From Lophium mytilinum (taxonomy: Eukaryota): 64,000 nucleotides of DNA. The translations under genes and the position numbers were made by a program. The notes below the pieces were generated by a model that did no database searches, had not been told where the DNA came from, and worked only from the letters and a program-made list of their open reading frames with translations. The stretch spans positions 682,001 through 746,000 of the forward strand of contig MU004187.1 in assembly GCA_010093605.1 (NCBI GenBank), in the 5' to 3' direction. Shown piece after piece: positions 24,753 to 36,804 of this stretch. How positions within the stretch are numbered: position 1 is the stretch's first letter; every line of letters starts with the position of its first letter.

Positions 24753-26518
24753 TCAGCTCTTTTCGGCGGATATCACGTCTGTCGAAATCTCTTTTCCGCC
24801 CGCACCTTGCTTCTCCAATGCCTCAACGACAGTATTCTCCTCAAGTCCATCTTTAGCTCCCGCCTTACCAGCTTCTTCAGTCTCCACCTCTCCTTTCACC
24901 TCCACCACCCCTCCCCCACTCTTCTCATCCCTCACCCTCTTCTTCTCCGCCCTCGCCCTATCCTCCCTCTCCTTCCTCGCCCTCCTCCACCTCGGCCCAT
25001 AGCGCATCAACACCAAATTCGCTGGCGTATACGCCAAAAACACCAGCGCAAAAAACGTATACGTCCACCCAATCCCCATCTTCCCCAGCATCGGAATCAC
25101 AATCGCGCTCGCCGCAGCCCCCAACAAGCACCTGACCAGATTATTCGCCGCCGTCGCCGTCGCTGGCTGCCCGGGCCACGTATCCACCATCAAGATACTC
25201 ATGCACTGGTTCGTCGCGTTCAGCGTCCACCCCAGGAAGAAGACCAGCACCAGCGGCACCGCGAGGTTGGTTTCTGCCTCCATTGCCCACCCGTATGCGA
25301 TCACTACCACGCCGCCTAGTATCTGGAGTGGTAGCGCGATCTGTAGCCGCGCGGTCTCGATGGGGAAGGCGGAGAGGTCTTGCTGGCGGTTGCGCGTGAT
25401 GGGGAAGTTGAGGCGGCGGGCGTGGCGACGGTAGTTCCAGTCGACGAGCTTGCCGGTGCTGAAGGCCGACACGAGCGTGCCGACGCTCATGGGCAGGAAG
25501 ACGAAGCCGAGTTCGAGGTCGGTGAAGTGGTAGATGCGTGAGTACTGGGAGGGAATGCCGACGCTGATGGCGTAGAAGTTCATGAGTCCGAAGCCGACGG
25601 TGAAAAGGATGAGCGCGGATTCGCGGTCCGCGAGGATGCGGAGGGTGCTGAGGGGGTTGGGGACGCGCAGGCGGTAGTTCTCTGCTACGTAGGCGAGCTG
25701 GGTGGGGTCGATGGGGGTCGGCTGGCGGGTTTTGGTCTGGAGGCGGTAGGTGAGGGATTGGTTGATCTTGGGAGGGGGCACGCTGCCGTCGCCGACGACT
25801 TTGCGGCAGGTTTCTGGGAAGAAGAGGAGGAGGGGGATGGCGTAGACGGCGGCGAAGATGATTAGGAACCAGAAGATGGAGCGCCAGCCCAGGTACTGGC
25901 TGAGTACGCCCCCTAGGATGGGAGCTAGAGATGGCCCTAGTACGTTGGGTAGAGAGGACCAGGCAACGTACATCCCTCGCTCGGAGGATGTGACGACGTC
26001 GCCTACGCAACCGATAGCTAGAGCTACGGTGCCGCTGCTACCAGCACTTTGGAGTGCTCGGAGGATCATGAGGGCCACGTAGTTGTCCTGGACAGCTAGT
26101 CCGATGTTTGCAACGATGTAGATGGAGAAGCATATCGTGTAAGCTGGTCTACGTCCCGCGCCGTCAGAGAAGCCTGCTATCATTGTTGGTGCTATGCCTT
26201 GGATGATCTACGAAGTAATTAGTACTGAGGCGGCATTTAAGTTCTGGATTGAAGTTGGTATACCATATAAGTGGTGATGGTTAAATTAATGAGTGAGTTG
26301 CTGACGTCCATATCTTTGGCAATCGAATTCAAAGCAGGCAGATAGATCTGTGCCGACATTGGCGAGAAGAAAGCCCCGAGCGATGCTGTCAGAATTATGA
26401 TCTTCTTTTGCTTATGGGTGAAGATTGAGTATGCCGGTCCAGTGGCTTCTGGCTGTGAGCTCGCTGGCTCAGCAGCAGGGTCCTGTTCTGGAGCATTTTC
26501 TGGTGCCGTGGATGCCAT
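24753..26518 (-). CDS. MFS drug:H+ antiporter (DHA1, Qdr-like), 2 exons
   Basis: YSIFTHKQKKIII..FFSPMSAQIYLPAL..INLTITTYM|IIQGIAP..SDGAGRRP..GWRSIFWFL..FFPET..FPIETARL..ATAANNLVRC; intron 26263-26208. Confidence 0.9.
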
Positions 26519-27327
26519 GAATCAAAGAATTGCCGCTGAAATTGGAAACTGTTCGTTGGTTTGTAAGATGAAAAGAGGAGACGTACGTGATACTGCTTAG
26601 ACAATTGGTATCTCAGCGTCGAAGTCTCGTGACCACTCGGTATAGTGGAGTTAGCGCGACGGAATTAAGACGCCGAAAATCGCCCTTGAGATTTAATCGC
26701 TAAGGAACAGCAGCCGCGAATCGGAGCGGCACGAGAGCATTGACGAATCATCGGCATGCTATATCGAGCAGTTGCGGAGTAGTAATTCACGGCTTGCAGA
26801 CCGCTTTCTTGACCCAAGTGTCGATGATGAAGGTTGAGCATAGAATGGCGGCGTTAATTTCGAATGACTCATGAAGAAGATCTTGCAGTGATAAGAAGAC
26901 TTGACAGTTACTAGTAGTCGAGGAATTACAGAAACTTATCACAGAGGCAATAGGGAAAAGCCAATATGGAAAGGGATAGTTTAGTGCCCCCAATAAAACA
27001 ATAAGACCACGAGGGCGAGGGACTGTAGTCAATCGGTGCAACACGCGTCTGATGAGAAAATATGATTGCGATCCCCTTCGAAAGCTCGAGAAGTTGACTC
27101 GCATAGTTGACAACCAATATATAACAATACCTTATAGGGGTACCCTCTTATACCTTTATATGCTCTTTCTTCGTCATTGCTCAAAAGCATAACTACTGCC
27201 GCTACACGGTAGCAAAGGTATATATTTCTTCGTCCAAACCAAAACTCCGTGACTGCTATCCTCCAATTATCCATCTCTTCATGCTCGTGCGAAAGTTCTC
27301 ATCCTCCGCCCTCTTACGTGTCGTCTC

Positions 27328-27999
27328 TCAGCTCTCCTCCGCCCTCTCCAAAAATCCCGGATCCCGTTCCACCCTCTTCTCAAACTTCCCCCACCACTCT
27401 TGGAACGCCTTCAGCGGCACCACCTCCGCCCCACCAGGCCCGGACCCCGCGAAACTCGCCAGAAAATCATACGCATTCTTGATAATCCGTTGCGCGAGCA
27501 CCTTCGTCGGGACCGCTACAGGCGCAGGAGTATGCCTTACGAGCGCCATCTCCGCCTGGCCCCCCTGCGTCTTCAACTGCGCCATACTCGCCGCCACCTG
27601 GCTTGCCGGCTCAATCGAAATCCCCAGCATGACCATCTCCGCTTCCCCGCTCGCGCCGTTGATGTTTGCCCCGTTGATGCCTTCGTCGACCATCGCGTCC
27701 TCGTCGACCTGCCCAATCGCGCTGGAATCACCGGCAGAACCTTTCACGCGGAATATCGCGCTCTCCTTCCCCTGCCCAATGGCGCCGAGGAAGCGGAAGT
27801 CGGGCGCGCCGGGCATTTTGAGGTACACGGCCGCGGCGGTGGCGGGGTCGAGGGTGGTGCCGGGGAGCATGAAGACGACGATGTGGGAGAAGGAGGGGGT
27901 GGGCGGGATGGCGAAGGCGAATTGGGTGTTTGAGAGGGTGGAGGCGCCGGGGGAGGAGAGGGTGAGGACGGGGCGGGAGGAGAGGACGAGGCCGAACAT
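27328..27999 (-). CDS. OPI10: Hikeshi/OPI10 family protein (DUF775)
   Basis: MFGLV..RP, HIVVFMLPG, FRFLGAIG..KESAIF, LGISIEP, LAQRIIKNAYDFLASF, VVPLKAFQEWWGKFEKR..DPGFLE. Confidence 0.9.
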   Translation of the reverse strand: MFGLVLSSRPVLTLSSPGASTLSNTQFAFAIPPTPSFSHIVVFMLPGTTLDPATAAAVYLKMPGAPDFRFLGAIGQGKESAIFRVKGSAGDSSAIGQVDEDAMVDEGINGANINGASGEAEMVMLGISIEPASQVAASMAQLKTQGGQAEMALVRHTPAPVAVPTKVLAQRIIKNAYDFLASFAGSGPGGAEVVPLKAFQEWWGKFEKRVERDPGFLERAEES

Positions 28000-28782
28000 T
28001 GTGGTTGTATATAGGGGATTTTTGACTGGTGACTTAGTTCGAAGATCGCTAGGGTGGAATGAGAAGACGGTGGTAGGCTAGATGAGCGGGAAGGAGCATT
28101 GAAATGGGACGTTCGGAGTGGTGACTGTGGTGAAGGATGCTGGTGGTTCGAGATTCTGGAGGCTTCGGGATGCGTCTATGGCGATCTCAGCCTTACGGTA
28201 TAAATCGATAAGCAAACGGTGCTGTATTCCACACAAATTTGGGAACGTCGTTTTTCCTTCTCTCTGTTGAAGCACCACAACCTGCGGGCAATAAGGTTCG
28301 TGAAGTATGCCCTTTAGCCACGAAATATTGCCAAATCCTCGGTAGACCTAACGTCTAGCAGACCAAGAGTATTGAGTCGTGTACTCTCACCTCTTGGTCA
28401 GTAGGGGTGTCTGAAATATCATTCAGAGTAAGAACAAAGCCCAAGCGAATCCCGAGCCGAGGATTTATAACAATTCTGCTAAAAGACGTACTGATGCTAG
28501 ATAATTTGCTCTTTTCACCGATTTCGTCTAGATGTTGCCGAAGCGTTCCACACAAAACACCACAGCTCCTAGTACAAGAGTATGCCGGCCCAGGCTCCAG
28601 GTTCTGATAACAAAGAAGTCTCCTCCTTCATATCTAAGCCTAAACCATCTCAACGCGAGTGCTACCCCCTAATTCCAGTTCCTCCGGTTGACCCTCCCAT
28701 GCCGTCAAGGCTACTACTGCACTAATCGAGCTTACTGCTATTAGGACTGCCATGTTCGCAGATAACACTGCCGTTGGACGAC

Positions 28783-29537
28783 TCAATGCCGCCACAGCTG
28801 CTCTTCCTGTTCCCCACTCGGTCTTCTCCTTCTCCTACCATGTGGTCCGTGTCCTGTCCTATAGTCTTCTTCCTCCTTTTCTTCATGTCCTTGCTCGGTT
28901 GGTAACCTTCCTGGGCGCCATGGGTTGACTTTCCAGGATCGAATTAGCATACGACATTCGTCTTGCGTTGCCTCACTTACATCCTGGGGGTGTCAAACGT
29001 CCTCCAATGCCTTTCCCGCCGCCACTTCCATTTTGCCCTTGACTCGCGGGGAAAATGTGACCGCTAACTCGAGCCTTCTCCTCATCTGGCACCTCTTCCG
29101 TATCCTGATATTGGGCAGGCTCGCGAGCACTGGTCCTGGGTCGGCTCTGTCCATATTCCCCATATTCCCCAGGTGTGGAGTGCTGAGACGCGATCTGCCC
29201 GTAGCCGTGATGCCCTGAAGCGGATGGTAAGGTTGTCGATGTCGGCTGGTTGTGCGGATAGTGCAAAGACGCTGGCTGAGAATGTGACTGATAAGACGCC
29301 TGCTGAGCTAGCTGAGAGGGCGACAGAGCTGGAGCGTGCTGAGCCAGCTGAGAGGGTGACTGACCGACGACCGCCGGAGACTGTTTGTGCCAGAGATACA
29401 CAGGCTGCCCTTCAAGCCCTTTAGTTGGCATAGTAGAGGAAGATTACATGATTAGCCTTACCCCTGTCGTCATACGTGATACGGTAATAGTCGTTGTATT
29501 GTGCGCTCCATATCCAACCAGAAGGATTGTCTGCCAT
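28783..29537 (-). CDS. Hypothetical ~216-aa protein with aromatic N-terminal motif and Gln/Ser/Pro-rich body, 3 exons
   Basis: Exons 29537-29462, 29409-28981, 28928-28783. Introns GTAAGG..ACTAAA..AAG and GTAAGT..GCTAAT..AAG keep the frame: MADNPSGWIWSAQYNDYYRITYDDRG|QPVYLWHKQ...PPG|FNPWRPG...LWRH*. Confidence 0.68.
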
Positions 29538-30556
29538 CGGAATGCAACTTTAGTGGCCGAATGGTCTCACAGACTTGACGAGTTAGGGGGAAAAGATATC
29601 GAGATCGGTATTGCAACAACTCTGAGAAGAGGACTGTCTCATGGGCGAGGGAAAGCGGGGTCACGAAGTCAGCCGTACGGTAGAGCCGCATATGAAAGAC
29701 GCGGAAGAGCTGATTTGCAGATAGCCGATACCAAGGCGATGGATTCGTCAGGCCATGTGGAGGATGTTAGAATTGGTGTGGTAGCACAAGGCTGAGGTTT
29801 GGTAAACCACCAACTTCTGCCCAACCTACTTACTTTGGGCAGCAACGAGTCTGCCTGGCTATATCTTGAGGTCAAGGTAGCTGCTCTCCATTCTCCTACG
29901 ATGTCATAGCATTGCTTGTTATGTGTACGTCTTCGTGTCTGCTCAAGCATCTTGAACTTATGGAACACTCTTCGTCACTCCTCTATTAGCTAAGCTGTTC
30001 GTTTTCTTCCTTCTCAACCTTAAGCTTATAATTACCTTTTATTATGGTGGACTCCTCTCCGTAAAGACTGCAGCTCCAGAGAACGTGTGTGCCGGTAGAT
30101 ACGAGCTTGAATTCTTGTTAGGACGTTGTGAATAGAGGACCTGTAGGGACTATGTAATGAAGAAGCGTCATTTGTGCAAAGAGCTGTGCCGATATGAGAG
30201 TGTCTGCAAGCGCAGGAGTTGCTTCACCGATCTCAGGTCATGTGACTATGGGCCCTAAAATGGGCTAGCTCTATCTGAATCAGCAACCACTATTCGACGC
30301 GGACGGTCTTCCGCTTCCAAGCCTCCCCTCATGCACCAGCTCTGTTGCACAGCATTTCGTGACAGCCAGTATCGCCCGACGTGCGTTATTTGGCTGATGG
30401 TGGGACAAGGTCCCGCGAGGCAGAACCCCGCCCGAGGCTGAAGCCTCCAGCTAACAGTAAAGACACCGGTCCCCATGGACTTCAATCTAGGATCATCCTT
30501 CCAGAGCCTTGCAAGCGCACCACATTGTTTTCTTTTGCTACGGCACAGTAGTTTCC

Positions 30557-32973
30557 ATGGCTGACCCACTATCCGTCACAGTTGGAATTTTGGCTCTCAT
30601 TGGTGCAGCTGGGAAAACGGTCCAGGGATTGGAAAAAGCATGGGAACTTCGGCATATCGATGAAGACTTCATGGGATTGTCGAATCAGGTAAAAACGGAT
30701 GAAACATTCTTCCATTCCATCTAAAATCTGTGCAGGTAACGGGACTAAAGACGCAACTCTATGCCGTCAAAAGTTCGCTCCAGCTGTTCGAAAGTAAAGA
30801 TTTCAGTCACCACTGGCTTCGAGACAGCGTTCGCGACACAACGATTTTGTGTGGCCAAGCTGAGTCTGTGCTCGCAGAAATCGACAAGTTCGTTCAAGAC
30901 ATCACTTCCAAGAGCAGGCGAAGGTTGGGTGCCGCGGTCGAGAATAAGCCGTCCAAAAAGAGATGGATACGTCGGAAACCTACATTGATTCGATTGTCAG
31001 CTAAAGTGACACCCATTGTAAACTCCCTAACTGTAGCAGCAGGCGTCCTTCGAGCTATTGCTTCAGACGAAAAGATCAACAAGATTGATCTGAAGGTCAC
31101 TTTCCTTGCCGTTCAAAAGATCGAAATGCTACGGAATGCAAGCAAAACCGCAACGACAATTGAGAGCGCCATGCCATTGGAAAACCAACTCGAAGTGTCT
31201 ATCCGTCAAGCTACAGAGCCTAGCGAAACCAGGATGGGATGCCCCGGCCAAGCCTCGCGGAGATCCTCCATAGATTCTTTCCACTCAGCAGTCTCAAGTA
31301 GTTCAGAATCCACCCCACGATCACTTTCCAGCATTGTTTCTATCTCTGGGACTATGGGAGACGCGACCTGTGAGCCATTTTGTCCATGCCAGTGCCATGT
31401 CAGTAGCCAAGTAAGAACGCCGCAATGGGCCAAGCACATTCTAGGTACCATGACATTCCACGGCAATGGCTCAATATTCCTTAATCGACGACCTTGTAAC
31501 AAGAGCTGTGGCCGGAGTGGGCCAACTTCGATTCAGTTCTCCTACTTCGCCCCTGCTTGGACACTTCTAACGTCGCTGAACATTTTCGTCAAGGCACAGA
31601 GCATCCATGGTTTTAATATCCGTATGCCACGGGTCATTCCCTACAGTGCTACTGTATGGAGCATTATTGAGCTGGGAAACTTGCCGACTCTAAAGGAAAT
31701 GGTCTCACGGAATGCCATATCACCGTATGATGTGAGCCCTTCTGGGATGTCGTTGTTGCAAGTTCGTGTCCTGCCACTTTAACAACACTACCATTAAGAT
31801 ATCTAATGAATTATAATCTAGTGCGCCGCTATGAAAGGTCAAAACGATATTTATGAATACCTACTGTTTTTGAAGGCCGATCCCGACTTCCGAGATGGTA
31901 CAGGAAAGTAAGTACTATCTAAAATGCGATGTCTGCGAGCTCAGCTGACTCAACGCAAATCAAGAGCAGCGAATCAGCCTGGAGTTGATCGAGCGCTCAG
32001 CGGCGTAGACTTGAATCGAACAGTCAGCAGTACAGCTCGAGCTGCTGCTTACAAGCTATTCATCAACACCAACACACTGGATCAACAAGAGTTCAACTTT
32101 CTCCACCTGATCATTCTAGGCCTTCGAAGCCTAGACCTCGACCTTGTCCTTAGACAGTGTTTGAGTCCTCAATGTGACATCGATGCGCCCGATGTCAATG
32201 GACGGACCCCGCTTATTTGGGCCGCTTGGAGAGGCGATATAGAAAGTGTGAATTTACTCATCTCGTCAAAGGCTGACGTCAACAGAATCGACCATGAGGG
32301 CAACAGTGCATTGGCCAAGGCAGCAAAAGGCGGACACCTCGACTGCGTTCGCGAGCTCCTCCGGGCTGGCGCCTCAGTCAGTATCGCAGATAACTGGGGC
32401 CAGCAACCCATTCATCACGCAAGCAGCAATAAAGCGAATGGTCTCCTGGTTGTGGATGAGCTGCTGGCGTGCGGCGCGGATGTAAATGCGCCCAGTGAGG
32501 AGGGCACGCCTTTACACGTTGCCGCAAATATGGGATCACTTGACACTGTGCGGCGCCTTCTTGATCGAGGCGCCAGAATCAACGAACGAGATGCGGACGG
32601 CGACTCGCCTGCTATGATCGCACTACTGTGCTGGAACCAGTCTATATTCGTATACTTGGCGCAGAAAGGCGCAAAGCTGAACCATATACGAACCACTGGA
32701 GAGAACATTCTTCACCTCGTCATATGGGCCGGATCCACTGATATCTGGAGCATGATTACCGAGAATGCCGGCAGTGAGCAATTGAGCGGGGTTGATGCTG
32801 GAGCTCTCCATGCAAGCCATGACCTAAGGCACTGCTTCGAACATTGCCGAGATCTCTGGTATGCTGGGACAAGGGGAAAGAGAGAGGAAGAAGAGATCAG
32901 ATTCCGGTGTATGATTGAGGCCTTCGAAACTAAGCCTATATCTTGCTTCGTAGGAAAAGGACGAGTTCCCTGA
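30557..32973 (+). CDS. Ankyrin-repeat protein with fungal HeLo-like/STAND-type N-terminal helical domain and Cys/His cluster, 4 exons
   Basis: Starts MADPLSVTVGILALIGAAGKTVQGL; contains CEPFCPCQCH; ankyrin repeats GRTPLIWAA, GNSALAKAA, GQQPIHHAS, GTPLHVAA, GENILHLV. Introns 30689-30735, 31762-31821, 31908-31964. Confidence 0.85.
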
Positions 32974-33213
32974 ACAGCTCGCAAGCCGCATTAACACAAC
33001 TACAGTGCTGTCGCTACAGTCTCCACACAGACAATCTAGAACAACGAACCACACACCGATTTTATGGATAGCCCTCGCTCAAATACTTCAATTCATTCAA
33101 GCAGCGCGAAACACGGGTACCAAGCCATAGTCCTAGAACTTTCACTCGCAGCTCCAGTCACAGAAGACACGCAACGTAGGATCATAGTCGTACCATAAAC
33201 TGTACATCCGAAA

Positions 33214-33952
33214 CTAAGCCAACGAAACGATAAAATCCGCCGCCTCCTGGGCATGATTCGGCACCTCATTCGAATGCACATCCTCATCCACCCCACTCGC
33301 ACAAAACGGATCGCCCTCATCACAGTAGCTCCTGAGCACAGCAGCATATGTATTCAGCAACGCCAAGCTATCCCCATTATCACTCCTCGTAAAGATCCCG
33401 TCTCTAGTCGAAGTGCCCACATCAAACGACTGACCCTCGCTATACGACGGGTCTCCGAAAACAACCACACCAGCAACTTTCCACACGTTAGCTCTGCAAC
33501 CTCAAACATCCAGAACGCATCAACTCACTATTCTTCCGATACGCCTCCGCCAACGGATCCGGCTTCGACACTCCCCCCGCCAACGCATCAGTCATCACAT
33601 TCCCCCCCTGACTGAACCCAACCAGCACAATCCGCGCATCCGGACACGCCGCCACATAGCTATGGATCTTATTGATCGTATCCGTGATCCCGTCCGCGAC
33701 AGACTCCGGGTACAAGTCCGCGCAGCAGATCGCAGCCGGGTAGTCCACGGCCACGCTGTCAGATCCCGGCACCGCGTTCTTGATCAGCGTGGCGACCTGG
33801 CCCGGTTTCCCCTCGCCGGGGGCCTCGTTCGAGCCGCGGGCGACGATGATGTGGAAGCCTGTAGCACAGCTCTGGCGAGGGATGAATGGGAGCGCGGACG
33901 TAGAAGCGATGAAGAACGCGAGGGTGGCTAAGGGGAGAGAAAGGCGGACCAT
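33214..33952 (-). CDS. Secreted CE5 cutinase/acetylxylan esterase, 2 exons
   Basis: Signal peptide, IIVARGSNEAPG, DYPA, nucleophile motif GFSQG, VVFGDP, SYCDEGDPFC..H; intron 33528-33477. Confidence 0.92.
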
Positions 33953-35163
33953 GCTGCCGGTTGGCTGGCTTGTCTGGTCGATGGAAGCTCGCTGGGCCAG
34001 GACAACCTGCTTCCTAGGACTCCGCCATCTTTATACATCTCCAATTCCCGACTGAAGCAAGGGAGCCTCGTTTCGGAGCCACTCGCCGACTCGCTTACGC
34101 TGGGCCCTACGCGCCGTCATGGGAAACAATCAGCGGGGAAGGCTTTGCTGCGATAGGCAGCCGACGGAGGCCCGGGGGTGCGTATGGGGCTGCATTGAAA
34201 GCTTATTCGCATGTTGGAGGCGGCGGATGGGCGAATGCATTGCGCTGATCGCTGGTGAAACGCGAGAAACAAAACGCGGGACAGGGTTCCTACGGCGGGT
34301 GTGGCAGGTGCTCTGGGTTTGACCCGGGAGAGTGTGGCGCTGTGTATTGGACTTCGAAAAACGTGGAAGAGAGACGAGGAGGTAGTGGTGGTCGTCTGAT
34401 GGTGAGTGGGGTAGTGGTGTTGTCTACGGATGCACTCCGAAATGGGAGTATAGACCTACTGTATGGAGTCTAGCGCTTCGCTACCGTCGGCAGGAGGATG
34501 GTTGGATGTTCACGAGATCGGCGGCAGAGCGGTTGGTTGGCTGTGTGTAGGGACTTGAACGGGGTGGGCCGCTTAGGCGATGCTGCGATGTGCTTTCGGA
34601 CTTCGTGGAGCTTACTGGATGCGGGGCGCTCCATATGATGAATTGCGAAGTGGAGCATGCCTCGGCTTGGTTCATAGTTTGATTTAGAGTGCGAAGTGCA
34701 CTGAGTTTAGGCTGAATAGGAGGAAGAATGCAAGCTTGACGGATACTGGTATTGAGAGGGAAGGCGACCTTGAGAACTGAGAAACTTGGAATGTGTACCA
34801 CCTCGGCTCTGCTTTCTACGCCAATAGGACATCTTCAGCTCAGGGCAAGAAACAATAGAAGTTGCAAAGCATATATGCCGGGGATCGATGTTATAGACGG
34901 AGACGACAAGGTGCTGAGGACAAAACCAAGGCGGAATGAGGTCGAGATCAGTGGCTTCGGCTCAACATCTCCCGAACCCTGCTCATCAACATCACGTGAT
35001 AAATATAGAAAGTGGTAGTGTTCGAAATCGTATTGAATATTCACAAAAAGAAGACACAGGCTTAAGATGCCATGCGTGGAACCGACTTCCCAAATTCCGT
35101 CCAAAACGCCCGACTCCGTCAATGGTATACGCCTCCTCTTTATGAATGCATGAAAACCCGCGC

Positions 35164-35421
35164 TTAAGATGTCTGCTTCTGAGGCTCGAGCTCCGCTCCA
35201 CCAGTGACTCCTTTTAGATAGGCGGATCTGCTCTTCTCGTATCGTGTGTTGGAGTGCTCCATTGCTTTGCCCTCGCTTCGGGCCACTGTGGTTGTGTATG
35301 TACCGGCAAGCACTACAATAGAAAAGGCGTTAGATAAAATCACCTTTGTTATGGGAAAATGGACCAACGTACCCATGAAACCGGCAAAAGCGGGCCAAAA
35401 CGATTTAGCTGCGGCAGGCAT
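35164..35421 (-). CDS. Spliced 65-aa microprotein with one hydrophobic segment, 2 exons
   Basis: CAACATG start at 35421; consensus intron 35372-35313 (GTACGT..TCTAAC..TAG); TATATA about 190 nt upstream. Product MPAAAKSFWPAFAGFMVLAGTYTTTVARSEGKAMEHSNTRYEKSRSAYLKGVTGGAELEPQKQTS. Confidence 0.7.
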   Translation of the reverse strand: MPAAAKSFWPAFAGFMGTLVHFPITKVILSNAFSIVVLAGTYTTTVARSEGKAMEHSNTRYEKSRSAYLKGVTGGAELEPQKQTS

Positions 35422-36804
35422 GTTGGAGATGTGATTTGGACTGAAGACGGTAGAGTTGAGAGTGGATTTTGCGTTGCAAACAGGCGAATCTAGCGATGTC
35501 GATGCGATGATTTCGTAGAACGAAGAATCGATGAATTGCTCTTGATTGGTTGATGCGCTTGTAGTGATGGCTGTGTGTATGGAATGAAGCCACCCAAGAG
35601 AAACAACTACCTCTATATAACGATCTCGAAAACAAGAGTTCCAGCCCACCCACCGGTCAACCCCGAGCCTCGACACCGAGTTGAGCTCGTGTGTTGCGTG
35701 ACACCTACCCCGTCTTTACCGCAAACGGCAGTGCTCTTCCCCACCGCAAGGGGCTGCGCAAGGTCCTCGTCAGGTCATATCGTGACATTTCCGCCGGCAG
35801 GATTGGCTGGATCCTCGAGGCTGCCAGCTCGCTTCCAGATTCGGCTCCTTCCGAGCGAGCTGGATGGTATCGTGCGATGAGGAATTTGGGAAGCGAGGTG
35901 GTGCGAACCGGGTTGGTGGGGTGATTTGCTGCGCGTGGTGGTGTGACGGATCCTGGGAATTGTCGGCTGAGGATGGGTTGGAGCCGGGGCCGCGCCGGGA
36001 CTCCTCAGGGCCTGGTTTAGATGGAGGGCTCTTTTCAGTGGGTAATGCGAGATATTCTTTATCGTGTTCTTTTATGATTCGTGGTTGATGGATGACGGGA
36101 ACCGGGGAAGGGTTGCGCCTCGTGAGGTTGTGTTACCGCTGCTACTTTCTTCTATATTGCTTCTACATGACGACCAAACTCTAGGCCCTTCCCAATCTGG
36201 AAGGATATCTTCAATTTTTCAAATGTTTCTCTTTCAGCCTTCACGATAGCCATTAACATACGATCTTTGCTGTTGTGCTCAGAGGACTAAGTCTGAGACA
36301 CGTGAGCTTCACATGACCCACAAACATCCTCACACACTTCCAGAATTGCGAAACAAACAGGCACCAAGCATTACATGCATAGGAAGACGAATGAATGTAT
36401 CAGGACATCAGTACTAAGCATCACACATTCGCAAAAACAGTCGCGTAGATCGGGATATTACTGAGTTATCATTGTCGCACTAATCTAATTAACGAGATTA
36501 TCGCTCGAACTTATATCCCGTAACATGGGAACTATCCCAATTAACACACACGGCGGATTCCCCATCGCCATCCTATGACCGTCCTAGTCCCAGTTTCCCA
36601 GATCCCATCCATCCTGACCTTTTTGAAGGAGTGTCTAATAGTAGCCTGTATCCAATGCTAGCCATTCATCGTTAAAAGGAAAGGTAACCCGCCGATACAT
36701 GTCGGCCGTGAGGGTTTTGATAATCGTTGCTTCATAGATAGAAGTAAAAGGATATACATTTGAAAGTTCAAAAAAAAGTTGTTCAAAGGGGGTATTTTTG
36801 TCGT

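Noticed and set aside
22398..33952. Secondary-metabolite or detoxification gene cluster (oxidase, MFS pump, esterase)
   Set aside because: No backbone synthase or cluster regulator, and housekeeping genes are interspersed.
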